Translations under genes and position numbers: made by a program | Part shown: piece by piece, positions 1 to 13,839 of the stretch | How the letters are laid out: each line of letters starts with the position of its first letter | Numbering within the stretch: the stretch's first letter is position 1 | DNA from: Octopus vulgaris | Lineage: Eukaryota | Assembly: GCA_951406725.2 (NCBI GenBank) | Contig: OX597825.1 | Coordinates: forward strand, 17,050,001 to 17,114,000 | Length of the DNA stretch: 64,000 nt | Reading direction: 5' to 3' | Notes under the pieces: generated by a model | Told to the model about the DNA's origin: nothing | Database searches by the model: none | Seen by the model: only the letters and a program-made list of their open reading frames with translations

Positions 1-983
1 GGCATTATCTTCATCTTCTATTTCCATTGCCTGATATAGTGGTTTTGGGAAAGTCTAGGGCATTACTTCGAGACATGGGCAATGGTTTCATGAATTCTAT
101 TGCACATGCGGCACAGTGGAGACACTTACTCATTCCTAAGGTAGACCTCCAGTTTGTGTCCATAGCGTTTTTCCTCTGCCAGTATAGTGCTCTCAGTTTC
201 TTTTTTTAGGGTTCCTTTCATCAGCCAATCCCACCTATTTTCTCCAAGCAACTTCTGATGAGGGTACATGGAATTGAATGTGTAGTATCTTCATGCGTAA
301 TTCTTCTTCACGTCCTTTTTGTATTTCTTCCTTTTTTAAAAAATCTTTTTTCACTGCTCTCATTATCACCTCATTTCTAACTGTCACTAGCAAAGCTTAC
401 TTACTTTGGGCTAGGTATCTCGTTAAGCACGCGAGTTCGATACGCACGCAGACTTCCACACTTACCAGTCCTCTTCTTCCCTTTGCTCTCTTCGTATATA
501 GGCGATCAGTATCTGCACGTAGATGATGGACGCCATGCGTCGTTAGGAGCTTTCTTGACCGCCTGTCCATCTCCTTTCGCCCTTCCTCTGTCCACTTGTA
601 GATTTCAGCAACATAACGAACTATTGCGACTGCACGCAAGGCTTACTGCCGACCTTATGTTTCAGGCACTTAGCTTTGAATTGAATATGCTTCTCATTCG
701 CCCCAGGTGCTCTCAAATGTGTCTTTTCTTTCCCATCATGGTGTTTGATTCCATCTTTGTAAAGTATTCCCAAGCAATTATAGCTAAATTGAGGTTGAAT
801 TACCTTCATCGTTTCACCACTTGCCCACTATATGCCTTCTGTCCTGGCAAGCTTTCCTCATATCATCACTGTTGCAGCACAATTTGAGAGTCCACAATCC
901 ATCTTAATATCATTAGAGAAAATCTGCACAGACTGGAGAGGCTATCCAATTCTGCCTCAGTTTTTGTGAATGACTTCAGGTCG
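1..983 (-). mobile_element. R4/Dong-clade non-LTR retrotransposon fragment (end of RT, thumb/linker, CCHC finger); 5'-truncated, frameshifted, runs off the window
   Basis: Minus-strand translation gives DLKSFTKTEAELDSL..QSVQIFSNDIKMDCGLSNCA (cf. YMDDLKLYAKNEKELDSL..IFSEDIGMEFGLDKCA), then MDRRSRKLLTTHGVHHLRADTDRLYTKRAKGRRGL, WDWLMKGTLKKETESTILAE and SPLCRMCNRIHETIAHVSK*CPRLSQ (CCHC). Confidence 0.9.
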
Positions 984-1498
<515 letters not shown>

Positions 1499-1831
1499 TG
1501 TAGGGAAGAACGTGCACCAATATGACACTGGTGTACAATTATATGAAACCCAATATACCTATCATGACTACACACCTGATAAGGGTACACCAGGCACGTG
1601 CATCACAACCACATGTGCGAAACACGGAGATCTCATATCAAGATAAACAGCGCATGGCCTTGCAGGTGTATCCCAGTAAGAATATTCTTCAGGTTGAGTA
1701 GCTTAAACCGCCCAAAAGGTCCCTGAATAAACTTTGTATAAGGACGTTGAACGAAACACCCATGTTTCCAGAGGTGAATGATTCTAACCCCAAAGAATTC
1801 CCCTCAAAACATGTCTATGATGCACCCCCAC
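1499..1831 (-). mobile_element. Interspersed non-coding repeat (family E) with (AAT)n tail, embedded in an (ATT)n tract
   Basis: Homologous segments at 2944-3080 (gaaacccaatatacctatcatgactac vs gaagcccagtatacccatcatgactac) and, in opposite orientation, 6855-6900; flanked by (ATT)n on both sides. Confidence 0.65.
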
Positions 1832-1878
<47 letters not shown>

Positions 1879-2086
1879 GTTGTTGTTGTTACTGTTGTTG
1901 TTACTGTTGTTGTTGTTATTATTATTATAATTGTTATTGTTGTTATTATTATTATTATAATTGTTATTGTTGTTATTATTATTGTTATCATTATTATTAT
2001 CATTATTTTTATTATTATTATTATTTTTATCATTAATATTATTATTATTATTATTATTATTATTATCATTATTATTATTATTAATC

Positions 2087-2140
<54 letters not shown>

Positions 2141-2146
2141 CATTAT
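1832..2146. repeat. (ATT)n/(GTT)n compound microsatellite
   Basis: Direct reading. Confidence 0.97.
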
Positions 2147-2449
2147 GTCTTCTTTCCATGTTGTATTCATTTCTTTTTCGAGTATTTTCTCGGCGCCTAA
2201 AGCAAAGAAACTTACTGTATGCATTGGTAGACCATTAAGACAAACACACTAGATTGTTCATTTGCAAAGTCAAGTAACATGAGATAAAAAAAAAATAAGG
2301 AAAATAAGAGAAAAGGAAATTAAAAAAAGAGAGGAAAAAAGTAAAGAAGAAAAGCAGAAAAGAAGAAAGAAAAGAAAACTAAAGAAGAGCAGAAAAGAAG
2401 AAAGAAAAAGCAAACCCCAAAAAAAAAAAGAGAAAAGAGTCACAGCGAC

Positions 2450-2619
2450 AATACTGTTTCTCAGTATGTGTGACATAACAGTTAACTAAATGTTTTACTT
2501 TTACAGTTTTTGCATGGATAGTAAGTCAGCTATCATTCTCAAATAATGGTAAGCTTCTTTTCTATCATTGCAAGTGCTCCTATAATCACTGGTATATCTT
2601 ATCTGCCTTGAGATGTCAC
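2450..2619 (-). mobile_element. R4/Dong-clade LINE C-terminal fragment (end of RLE endonuclease region)
   Basis: Minus strand reads IPVIIGALAMIEKK...HYLRMIADLLSMQKL...SHILRNSI, matching the Dong C-terminal pattern IPVIVGALGMIKK...LQKIVLTSTAHILR. Confidence 0.65.
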
Positions 2620-2913
2620 CTTCTTCTTCTTCTTCTTCTTCTTCTTCTTCTTCTTCTTCTTCTTCTTCTTCTTCTGCATCTTCTTCTTCTTCTTCTTCCG
2701 CATCTTCTTCTTCTTCTTCTTCCGCATCTTCTTCTTCTTCTTCTTCTTCTTCTTCTTCTTCTTCTTCTTCTTCTTCTTCTTCTTCTCTTCTACTCCTTCT
2801 GTTTCTTCTTCTTCTGCTTCTGCTTCTTCTTCTTCTTCTTCTTCTTCTTCTTCTGCAACTTCCTCTTCTTCTTCTCCTTCTTCTTCTTCTTCTTCTTCTT
2901 CTTCTTCTTCTTC
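2620..2913. repeat. (CTT)n homopyrimidine microsatellite with periodic GCAT interruptions
   Basis: Direct reading; three GCAT interruptions at 24-bp spacing around 2675-2730. Confidence 0.98.
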
Positions 2914-2943
2914 TGATTATTATTATTATTATTATCAATATCG

Positions 2944-3080
2944 AGTGAGAGAGCAGTGCATGTCATGGGGAAAAATATACGAAGCCCAGTATACCCATCA
3001 TGACTACCCGTCTTATAAGGTTACACTAGGCTCCTGCATCACAACCATAGAGAGCCACTACCGACCATGGGAGCGATTGC
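2944..3080 (-). mobile_element. Short 3' fragment of repeat family E, between (ATT)n tracts
   Basis: Similar to 1505-1612 (tgcatcacaacca; tatacc.atcatgactac). Confidence 0.6.
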
Positions 3081-3227
<147 letters not shown>

Positions 3228-3739
3228 AATGCTGTTGTTATTTAATGTACTTTGATTCAGCTACTATTGGTCAAAGTACTTCACGTGGTATTGTCTGTTA
3301 GATCGTGTATATATATATACACTTACATGAATATATATATATATATATATATATACATGCATATATGTAAATATATGCATACTCACATATACACACACAT
3401 ATACACACACATATATATATATATACATACACACATACACATATATGTAAATATATGTATACAAATACACTCACACGCGCACACGTTACTCATTTCGAGA
3501 AGCACCTTGCTCTTTACTTCATGCTACCTATATATAATTGCCTTTTAGATATGTCTCTACTTGTAAGTGTCTGCGAGAGTGTATGTGTAAATGGATGGCA
3601 TATAGACACATTTCTAGAGAAAGTAATATAAATGTTGTAATCCCTCGCCATATTGCGGTTCACCTATCACACCTTTATTAATTAAGCTTACGTCGATTCC
3701 TCTGTGGTGTTGTTTTGCATTTAAAATAAATATATACAA

Positions 3740-4135
<396 letters not shown>

Positions 4136-5579
4136 CGCCTGCGCCTACGTCCATGTCTACTCATATACCTACACCTGCGCCTGTATCCCTCCTATAATAC
4201 GTATAGATATAAACACGTACGGAGTATGTTTCGTTTCCCATTTTTATCAGAAAACATATAAACAAATATATGTTTGAGCGAAAGAAACTTCACTGGTTAA
4301 TAAACGTTATGCATAAGTCAGATGCAATTATTTGTTATGCATAAAATAATCAACAGCTTCAGACTTTTGAAAAGAAATATGATTTTCCTTAAAGTGGAAG
4401 TAGATGACCAGAGGAAATTGGGCGGTTAATACACGAGTATTTCAAAAGGATGTGAATATGTATGTGTGTGTTAGCCATTGTTATATTCAAGGAGGTATAG
4501 ATTGAAGGAACCGTTATTTTTAATTTCAGGTTAATAACAGTGTTACTTGAGGGCATCGCTGTAGCGTAGCTAAGAACCGGGTATGATGGACGGGAGTTTA
4601 TGATCATGGGGAGGAGATAACGCTGGTGGTCCTCCACGAGCGGTGAATTCATGGGGCGCGTTTGGGTTTACTGTACAAGCCTTTATAGAGATGAGGGCGG
4701 TCTTCTTTCAGGCTCAATAATTGTTCTCGCTCAAGAACACTCTAGCAACCCCACCTGGGTGCTCCTCTATGTACATAGATTTATCACTTGAAGGACGAAT
4801 TTAGTTAAGAATGATGTACACATGAGATGATGATTTCGTAAACTTTTAGTAAATATCAATAATGGAAATATGCGTTATATGATTATAATAAAAAATTCAG
4901 AAATTAAACATCTATAATAGAAGACATCTAAATATTTAAGCACTTTGTTTGGGAAAAAAAATATTATAATACATCTTCATCTTTCGCAGATTTCAATTTA
5001 GTTCATAAAGTGAACGGAAATAAGATTTCCCAAAATATATTGTTTACCAAAATTAAGATTTTTCGCTCTCGTCATGGGGAATCATATGTTTGTTTTCCAT
5101 TATCTATGCCAAGGAAGTAGAACAGTGTTCATTTCCCTTGCGAACATTTTCAAACTTGTAAGCTCCGAGCGGTGAAATTTAATTTCAAGCATTTATAAGT
5201 TCATGTATGTAGGGAAAAATGTAGACAGAAAGATTGCATGAGTAAGCCGCACTTTTGCTGAGAAAGGAAAGATGACGTTTCAAGAAAAGTTCATATCTTA
5301 GGCTGTATCGAATCGATTAGATGAAGGATACACTATATTGTCAATCTTCATCCTAAAGATAGTGGTTAATCCTTTAAAAACATCCCACTCTGTATTCTTG
5401 AAACAGGAAGAACAGGTTAGTTGATTTAGTTTCTATGCATTATGTGTGAATAAAATATTAGTTGCTGATGAATGGAATATCTTATATTCCAAGTATCCTT
5501 TAAGGTTGTGAACTGGTAGAATCATTAGTGCGTCGAACGAAAGGATTAGTGGCATTTCTTCCCACTGTTTACGACGTCG

Positions 5580-6420
5580 ACTTTGCTGTTGATTCATCAG
5601 GGATTGATAAAATGAGTAGCAGTCAAGTACTAGGGCCGATATTATCGATTTGTCCGTTCCCTTCAAAACAGTCAACCTCGAGGCAAGATTATAAAGAACT
5701 GTGTTTGCAAGACTACATATGAATACTAGTAATTATATTGAAGGAAATTCATATAATTTGGTAACCATCAAACTACAAAAGTGCATCTATTTAAAGTGGT
5801 GTGTTAATGATTGTCCTATTTGTATAATGTCTGACCTTCTCAAAAAGTGCATAAATATAGTTAGATGGAGCCCTCCGGGATGGGGATTTGCCGGAGTGTT
5901 TCCATTTGTAACACATTATTAGAAGGAAACGTGATGGTAAAAACGTTTTCTTTAAAATCACATCTAATGGAAATAACACTGTACTGTAATGTAATAATAT
6001 AGGTCATCTGGTTGTGTCCATTTCCATTTTCTTTTTTGGTAATTTGGGAGAACAACAGTCACGCTGTGATTACATATGTGGCTGATGTTGATTTTTGTTT
6101 CATTTCTGATGCGTTAGATGTGCAGAGAATACATTGGATGTTGCCATAAGAGAAAAAATTCGTTTGCGAAAAGGACGGGGCAAAAAGTCATGTGTGTAAA
6201 TAATTAGAAGTACAGAGACTGGGTGAATAGTTTGCTGGCTATAGGGTGAACCCTGAAGGTGATAACAACAATATTCAGAGCTGTTGCTTTGTTCGGCTGA
6301 TACACTTTAATGAAAAGAATTTCGCGATTTACGCCAAATTACCTTTGGAGTGGAGACATGTGGATTCAAACAGAAGGAAAATGTACGATTAGAACGGCTC
6401 GGTACTTCTAACGCAGATGC
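5580..6420 (+). mobile_element. Highly decayed LINE ORF2 reverse-transcriptase region, clade undetermined
   Basis: RT-like motifs occur in the correct order across frameshifts: IDKMSSSQVLGP (cf. K.GKAPGPD), SGCVHFHFLF (cf. QGCVLSPFLF), TYVADV (cf. YADD) and GYRVNPE (cf. GL.VNPEK). All are degenerate. Confidence 0.4.
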
Positions 6421-6659
6421 ATTTATGGTTTAAACAAAACAAAAGGAACCTTATGTGGATGCCCTATTGGAAATAAAGTCGTGAATTTAAATTTAAACAA
6501 TAGAATATATAGAAACTTAGAGCTTAATATGACAGTGTGTCGCAAAAGTTATATTTTGGGGGGTTTTATCCAGCAAATGTTATTTCGTATTTCCTTCTAT
6601 CTATAAATCAACGGAAATGACGTCTATTCCCTTCGAACATTGGTTTTGTGTCCTAAACA

Positions 6660-6900
6660 TCAACGCTTTGAAACTGACCTATTTTCCATTACATCTCAGA
6701 CAGATTTAGCTCTAAGTTGCTGGAGCAGAAATATCGCTATAGCAAATATTCTGCTCAATACTGCAGATTTACTTGTCACTTGTTTCATCTTAACCGCTTT
6801 GAGTATGTTCCTTGGTGGCTGACAATATGTGTCTCTCTTGTAATGAGAAGGAGTAGTGGGGGAACATCAAAGACATGTTGATTCTTTGGGGGTTTAAATA
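6660..6900 (+). mobile_element. Repeat family E fragment, cut off at its 3' side by the mariner insertion
   Basis: gtgggggaacatcaaagacatgttg..attctttgggggttt matches the reverse complement of 1785-1831. The 5' boundary is approximate. Confidence 0.5.
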
Positions 6901-7680
6901 TCAGGTCATCTCATAAGTTCTGTCCGATTTTACCTTTTTTAAAATTGAATGAAATTTAATAGTATTTTAGAATGTCTGATGGAATTAAAAAAATATTTTT
7001 AGGCATTTGTGTACATTTAAACTAATTAAATATTATTTTACAGAATAATAGAATTAAACTTTCTTTGATTAAAACTCTTTCTAACATGGAAGTATCCAAA
7101 CAGAATTTGAGGTATGTAATGTTTTATGAGTACACAAAAAGGAAACTCTGCAGCCGAAGCGACTCGAAACATACACTCAGTTTATAGGAAAGAATGCTTG
7201 AATGGAGGACCTTGCAGAAGATGGTTTGCAAAATTCAGAAGTGGAGATTTCAGCTTTGCTGAAGATCGAACAGGATTCCAGTCGAGTTAGATGATAAGCT
7301 CCTTGAGGCATTGCTTGAAAAAAATCCTGCATGATCAGTTGAAGAATTGGCAATAAATCTTGGTTCAAACCATACAACTGTTTAACGTCATCTTCAACAA
7401 CTTGGAAAAGGGGTACCTCATGAATTGTCCGAAAGTAACCGCAAATCCCGAGTTGATGCAGCTCTTCTCTGCATTCTCGCGAACTCATTTCACCCTTTTT
7501 CGATAGACATGTGACTGGTGATGAAAAATGGATCTTGTATCGAAATGTTAAACGTCATAAACAGTGGCTTGGTAAAAGGGAAAAAGCTTCATGGAAGAAT
7601 GGTTCTTCTCTCTGTGTGATTGCAGAGGAGTAATTCACTTTGAATTGTTACCACCTAATGCAACAATCGATGCTGTTCTA
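6901..7680 (+). mobile_element. Mariner DNA transposon remnant: putative 5' TIR plus decayed transposase, 3' half missing
   Basis: TA followed by tcaggtcatctcataagttctgtccg (TIR-like). From ATG 7086: MEVSKQNLRYVMFYEY..GNSAAEATRNIHSVY..RRWFAKFRSGDFS, VPHELSE, VTGDEKWILYRNVKRHKQW, GVIHFELLPPNATIDA. Multiple frameshifts. Confidence 0.92.
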
Positions 7681-9619
7681 CTGCATATGAGCACATAGCA
7701 TACAGATTGAATATAAACACTACATATAAGAATATATATAGACTGAATACTCACAGATATTATTGACTTCATTTAACTTTGGATTAGACGGACCGATGTG
7801 ACCCAGATTCGTATTCATTGATTGGAGTTATGATCGACCGTATTCCAACTGTAAATATCCAATAATACTATATATTTAGAAATCCATCGTCCGATGCATT
7901 ATTTTTTTATACACGCTAAGAGCTCTTTCTAAAGTATCATGCAACCTTTAGAAGTATTTTATTGGTCCCTTTATTGACTGTGCTGTGGATGTTATGGTGA
8001 CAAATAAAAAAAATATCTAAACATATCTAAGCTGGCTATTTATACATTGACAACTTCAAAGGGCCGGATTAAATACCTTGTCCACAAACGCGGTGCAGTG
8101 AGTGTAAAAATATACATCCGCAACACTGTGGCTGATAACATGATATGTTGAATCAAACAACCAGAATTCACACCAGAAATTAATAGATGTTTAATGCTTG
8201 TCATCTCTGGAAGGAATCAAACCTTTATTATATCATATTTATAGATATTCAGTTTGGGATTATCGTTATTCACATGTTTACGTTATGTTGGCATCGCATA
8301 TTAAAAACGAATTCGATTCTTTAATTATATTCAATATATTCTTTTTAGCAGTTTACATAATTTTGGCATTCAAACGAATTTCTTTTTCAACAGATCGATA
8401 TGATATGAAGAATTCAAAGAATCGTCAAATGTTTTTAGCTCGGCTGTTATGTCAATATCGTAAGGAAAAATATATCATTGAATTGACTAGAAAGGAAGTT
8501 GTTTGGGAAGTAATTTAAACGTTTTATAATTTAAGAAATATTATATTTCTTTTTTTCTTGAATATTAATAAAATTTTTGCATATATTTATAAAAACGTCT
8601 CCGAGAATTTTTCTATTCCCGATATTTAATATTTTCATCGATCAATTTTGAGTATCTGATTACTTATCTCTTTCGAGTAACAAATAAAGGCTTCTTCTTC
8701 ACAGTTGCTATAGAAGTCGAAATCTGAGCGAGAATATGGCCTTCAGACTGATTGTCTTTGGTTATGAATCAGTTACATAATTTACCTATAAATATGCATT
8801 GTCGTCTCTCAACGAATGTAGACGTAGGTTCGCTAGAGATTACATCATGTTTGGGCTAAATTGGGCGATTTCGTATGTCTGATATTTTCAGGAACAGCTA
8901 GATGTATTCGTGAAGAGTCAATGGTGTTGGGAGCATAAAAACTAAAGTTGTTGTTGAGAAAAGTTTAGTTGATATGGAGAACTGAAATCATTTAAATATT
9001 GAAACAAAATCACAAAATCAAAGAAGCACAATGCTATCGTTACTAAAAGTGATTAAGGATATAAGTCTGTATCTGCATTGCTAGCCACGAACAGAGTACA
9101 ATTCTATTACGGACATATATATATATATATATATAAATCTAGGAGTGTGTGTGTATGCATGTTAGATATGCTTGTAAATACCAAGTTTTCAGCAAGTTGC
9201 TCAAAGAAGAATCCATTCATGAATGATGATGATTTAACAGGCCGGAAAGAAATGTCACAAAACATCAATGTCGCAAAACATCACATAGCAACACATAGCA
9301 TGAAGAGGTGATAAAATACTTCTCGTAATCCTCCTTAGCTAATATAACACTAGATTTCTTAGCGGCATTCCTATTGGTCCAAGAATTTAGAGACAAGACA
9401 GCAAGTCTGGGTGTCAGAAAGAAAGCTCTCGGTTCTATGTTTCACGTTTTGGCTCATATCCAGGCTTGGGTTTCTTTTAGCTGCATGGAGATGGTAGTCA
9501 TTTCTTTGCGGCAGAAGCTTTATTTTTTGTGTCTGTGACACTGAAATACCATAATTTCATCGTACAGTATCATGGTATAGTAAAATCGAAAGCATTCACT
9601 CATTTCCGCGTAGCTATCT

Positions 9620-9910
9620 CCTCCGCAGATTCTGTGTATAAGAGTTGGTGTGTTTGTCAATGGAAGAGGAACAACAATAGTAATTCGCTGTTTGATGAAT
9701 GTATTTCGCCTATGACAAACTGATTCATATTATAAGATCCGATACTAATGCCTGTATCTTGCAATAAATGTCCCCAAGTAGTATATTCTTTTAATCATTC
9801 ATATTCTGCTTGGAATATTCTATTATTCGTCTTTCAGTATCTCCGATATTTTCATGGATACACAGTTTTGTTAATCAATGCATTTATTATGTTGTTATTC
9901 CCTTTAAAAA
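9620..9910 (-). mobile_element. Possible decayed Penelope-like GIY-YIG endonuclease fragment
   Basis: Minus strand CIHENIGDTERRIIEY (cf. C..YIGET.R...RI.EH) and a downstream PTL..TQ-like ending; weak. Confidence 0.35.
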
Positions 9911-10912
9911 AATTACATTAACTGTTTTATCAATTACACACATAGGCTTCTTTCATCTCTTTACATTTGCTCTACAGCTAGTAAACAGAATTATATTCTA
10001 ATTGTGTATGGATTCTCCTTCCATTGTGCTCGAGTTCTTCTTCCTATTAATGTAATTCCTTCCGATAGCTACCTTAAGTTTTTGTTGTTGCAACACGTAG
10101 AGATATCTGTGAAGGCAATTCAGGGATTTTTATTAGGGGTCGTTTATTGTTATACTTAGCTTAATGCTTTCGTTGCAGATGCTTCACCTCATTTACACTA
10201 GGATAACATGCGAAAATGACATGAAAATCACTGCATGCCATTGCCTCCCTCTATAAAATTTAGCCCTTGTACCTTATCAAAAAGAGACCAAAAGTCTAAT
10301 GTTAAGCTTCCCATAATCTGGTCAAGAAAATTCACTTCTATTAATGTCTTGTCATGTTTATTGAACCACGAAGCATTGTACGTATAAAAGTAATAAATGT
10401 TTAATTCAATGAAGGCGAATATTCTATACGCTTGAGTTAGCTTCCGGAGGCATTATTTCATCCTTTGTGATGCAAATATCCTCTAGAAACATGAACAATA
10501 TACAGCTCACTTTCACAAAATTACTTACAAAAGCTGAAAGATATAGAGGAGTACTTTAAGATAGTAATTCATCGGATAAAATAACTTATCCCCGTCTATT
10601 TGTCCACTCACTGTTATACTTATGTCCATTTATTATTCCCACCACACAGCACATGTGTAAGCCTATCTGCTGGTGAGAATCTCATACATATATATCCAAT
10701 ATACAGTCCACAAAATAAGTGATTACTTACAACATTTGAAAGATATAGATTTATAGAGGAGTAATTTAAGATCTAACTTCTTAAAATTACTTATCCCCTT
10801 TTATTCAACCAACAGAGTTATAGTGAGTTCCTATAGATTTTAAAGACACAAGTTACATTACTGTCTTGAACTGCGCCACTATATTTAAGTTGCGCCACTA
10901 TATTTAATTTTG

Positions 10913-11143
10913 AAGGCGGCAAGCTGGCAGAAACGTTAGCACGCCGGACGAAATGCTTAGCAGTATTTCGTCTGCCGCTACGTTCTGAGTTCAAATTCCG
11001 CCTAGGTCGACTTTACCTTTCATCCTTTCAGGGTCGATAAATAAAGTACCAGTTACGCACTGGAGTCGATATAATTGACTTAATCCCTTTGTCTATCCTT
11101 GTTTGTCCCCTCTGTGTTTAGCCCCTTGTGGGTAGTAAAGAAA
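10913..11143 (+). mobile_element. SINE family B (tRNA-type head, Nin/Deu-like core), full length
   Basis: Starts aaggcggcaagctggcagaa; B-box-like gagttcaaattcc; core ccttt-catcctttcagggtcgataaataaagtacc; flanking repeat tatatttaagttgcg at 10880 and 11146. Confidence 0.9.
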
Positions 11144-11859
11144 TATATATTTAAGTTGCGTTGTATCAATATCAGTAATCCCTCGAATGTAAACCATACT
11201 AATAACACTAGGATCTTAAATTTAAAACGGATATAAATTCTTCTATACACATCACAGTAATACGTTCAGATAATTTAGTTTCGAAACTAGATAAATAATA
11301 TTTCTGTAAAATTTGCAGATGAATGCGTAGAAACTAAGGAAAGGCGTGACCGTACAACATACTAAACAGCGAGTTTATAAACTTAGATAATAAAGTGAGT
11401 TTATACAATATCTAGAATCGATGTTGTTGATTATCTGTTTCGAATAGGGATACAGAATTTTACGAGAAAGTTATGAACTATAAATGGCTTCCATATTGTT
11501 TCCAATATATTCCAGCATTGCCGCTATTATGTATCTTGAATCATCTGCATAAAATTTGGTGGTGTTATTGCATGAGTTTATTTCTTTGTGTAAGGCGCAA
11601 GTTTTAATATATATTTCGATGTAAATATATAAATACGTTTATGTATGTGTGAAAGTATAAATACACATACACGTACACTTGTAGGTGTGCATGACATACA
11701 TGTAAATATATATAAATATAAACATTTATATAAATACATATACATGCACAAATACATAGACACACATACACACGAATATTTTGTATATGTATATATATAT
11801 ACATGCATATATATATAAATACACATACACACACACTCACGAAAATACAAACACACACA

Positions 11860-12052
<193 letters not shown>

Positions 12053-12439
12053 ACACAAACAACAAAACAAGCATAGGATATAAATTTCTCGAATAAGCCT
12101 AACCAATACCCATAATAGAATTTCAATGGAGGACAGCTCCAGAACAATGAGAATACAAAATATAAAATGTTTGCTATGAAAATCCTATACAAAACACTCT
12201 CACGCGCACACAAGCACAGGCGCGCGCGCACGCACACACGCATGTACACAGGCACACATAAATACTCACAAAATATTTAAGTCCATTATTTTTGTCTTAC
12301 TTTTATCCTTTATTTATTTTCTGTTTCATATCCCGCTCATACCCTCATCTGTGTACATGCCTACGTACATATATACGTAATAGTATATATGTACATACAT
12401 ATATACATACACACAATCCTTATATATATGCGTATTTAT

Positions 12440-12635
<196 letters not shown>

Positions 12636-13170
12636 TTTACATGCATACATATATATATGTATTCATACACACTCACACACACGCAGACACACGGACATAT
12701 ATATATATACCCACTTTGAAATCTACATTATAATACGGCCCAGGTAATTTCATATCCTTGTTATTGCCCTTTGCTCTGCCCTTCATCTTTACAGAAATCC
12801 CTATTTTCTTGTTTCTCCCTCTTTCTCTCACTCCCTCCTCTCTCACTTTATTTTATCTCTTTAATTTGATGTAAAGATTCCATATGCACTTTTCTCTTTC
12901 TGTAGTTGGAGGACGCACGTTGTAAACTTAGAGACAAGGTCGCTTTTACGTCAGAAGCGTTGTGTTAAAACCTACAGCTCGATCCGCAGCAGGGGTTTCT
13001 ATATCTTCTGGACAAATTCTAAGTCACATCATAGCAGTCCTTATGCCGTCCTTAAACCTATTTTTAGGTTTAGGTTTACATCGATAGCGTTCTCCGCTAA
13101 AATCTCACCCCAAACCATCTGTTTTACACACACTCACACACACGCACACATACACACATATCTACATGTA

Positions 13171-13215
<45 letters not shown>

Positions 13216-13360
13216 GGTACGAGCAATTAAGATTCAAGTGAGTTCTGTTGAATTCACATGAATATGGTACTTAACTTGGATGCACCAGAAATCTATATGG
13301 TGTTAACCATACGATAATGCGGGGTGATTATAAATAGGGAAAAAGCAACAAGAATGGATC

Positions 13361-13462
13361 AATATTTCGGTACAATTGTTTCGTACGAAGACAGCTTTAT
13401 TAAGGCAACAAAAATTGCAGTAAATATAAGTGACCCGCATTTTTTTGTCGTCAGCAAATAAT
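13361..13462 (-). ncRNA. Type I hammerhead-ribozyme-like motif, partly decayed, long helix II
   Basis: Minus strand: tatttg CTGACGA caaaaaaatgcgg..ctgcaatttttg.. GAAA CAATTG TA ccgaaata. Core is intact; helix I and the base of helix II pair poorly. Confidence 0.5.
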
Positions 13463-13710
13463 TACCTGCATTTCTTCGAACAAATTTCCAGAGAAAGTTA
13501 TCAATTATGAATAATATCAGGATAATAAAGAGTTTAGAACCTTTTACTACCTGTGGCCTAGCGTGTAGAAAAATTAGTCAATAGACTTTATATTTTTCAT
13601 ATAAATACAGTGTACATTTAAACACATAAGAAGTATCCATCATAAGATTCTTCCATGCTAGAAGGAGCAGCTAAAGTCCAAACCACTTCGACTTTTACCT
13701 CTAATAGTTT

Positions 13711-13788
13711 ATCTCGAAGAGATGGTGTTGTGGATTTCCACTCCGGCATCCAAAACTCAGAGTTTTATCTTGACTATTGAATAACTGC
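13711..13788 (+). ncRNA. Decayed hammerhead motif homologous to 28949-29030
   Basis: gaagagatggtgttgtggatttccactccggcatccaaaactcagagttttatcttgactattgaataa aligns by eye to gaagagatggcggcgtggatttctaactcggcatccgagactcggagttttatcatgactaccgaataa. Confidence 0.6.
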
Positions 13789-13808
13789 AACGTATATATA
13801 TAAGTGGC

Positions 13809-13839
<31 letters not shown>

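Noticed and set aside
7785-7850. Other weak hammerhead-like strings (7790, 20085-20125, 21640-21670, 26300-26340, 27808, 38253, 42305-42330, 47506, 53110-53140, 53790-53830)
   Set aside because: Each lacks two or more of the core boxes or pairing helices and cannot be distinguished from chance by eye.
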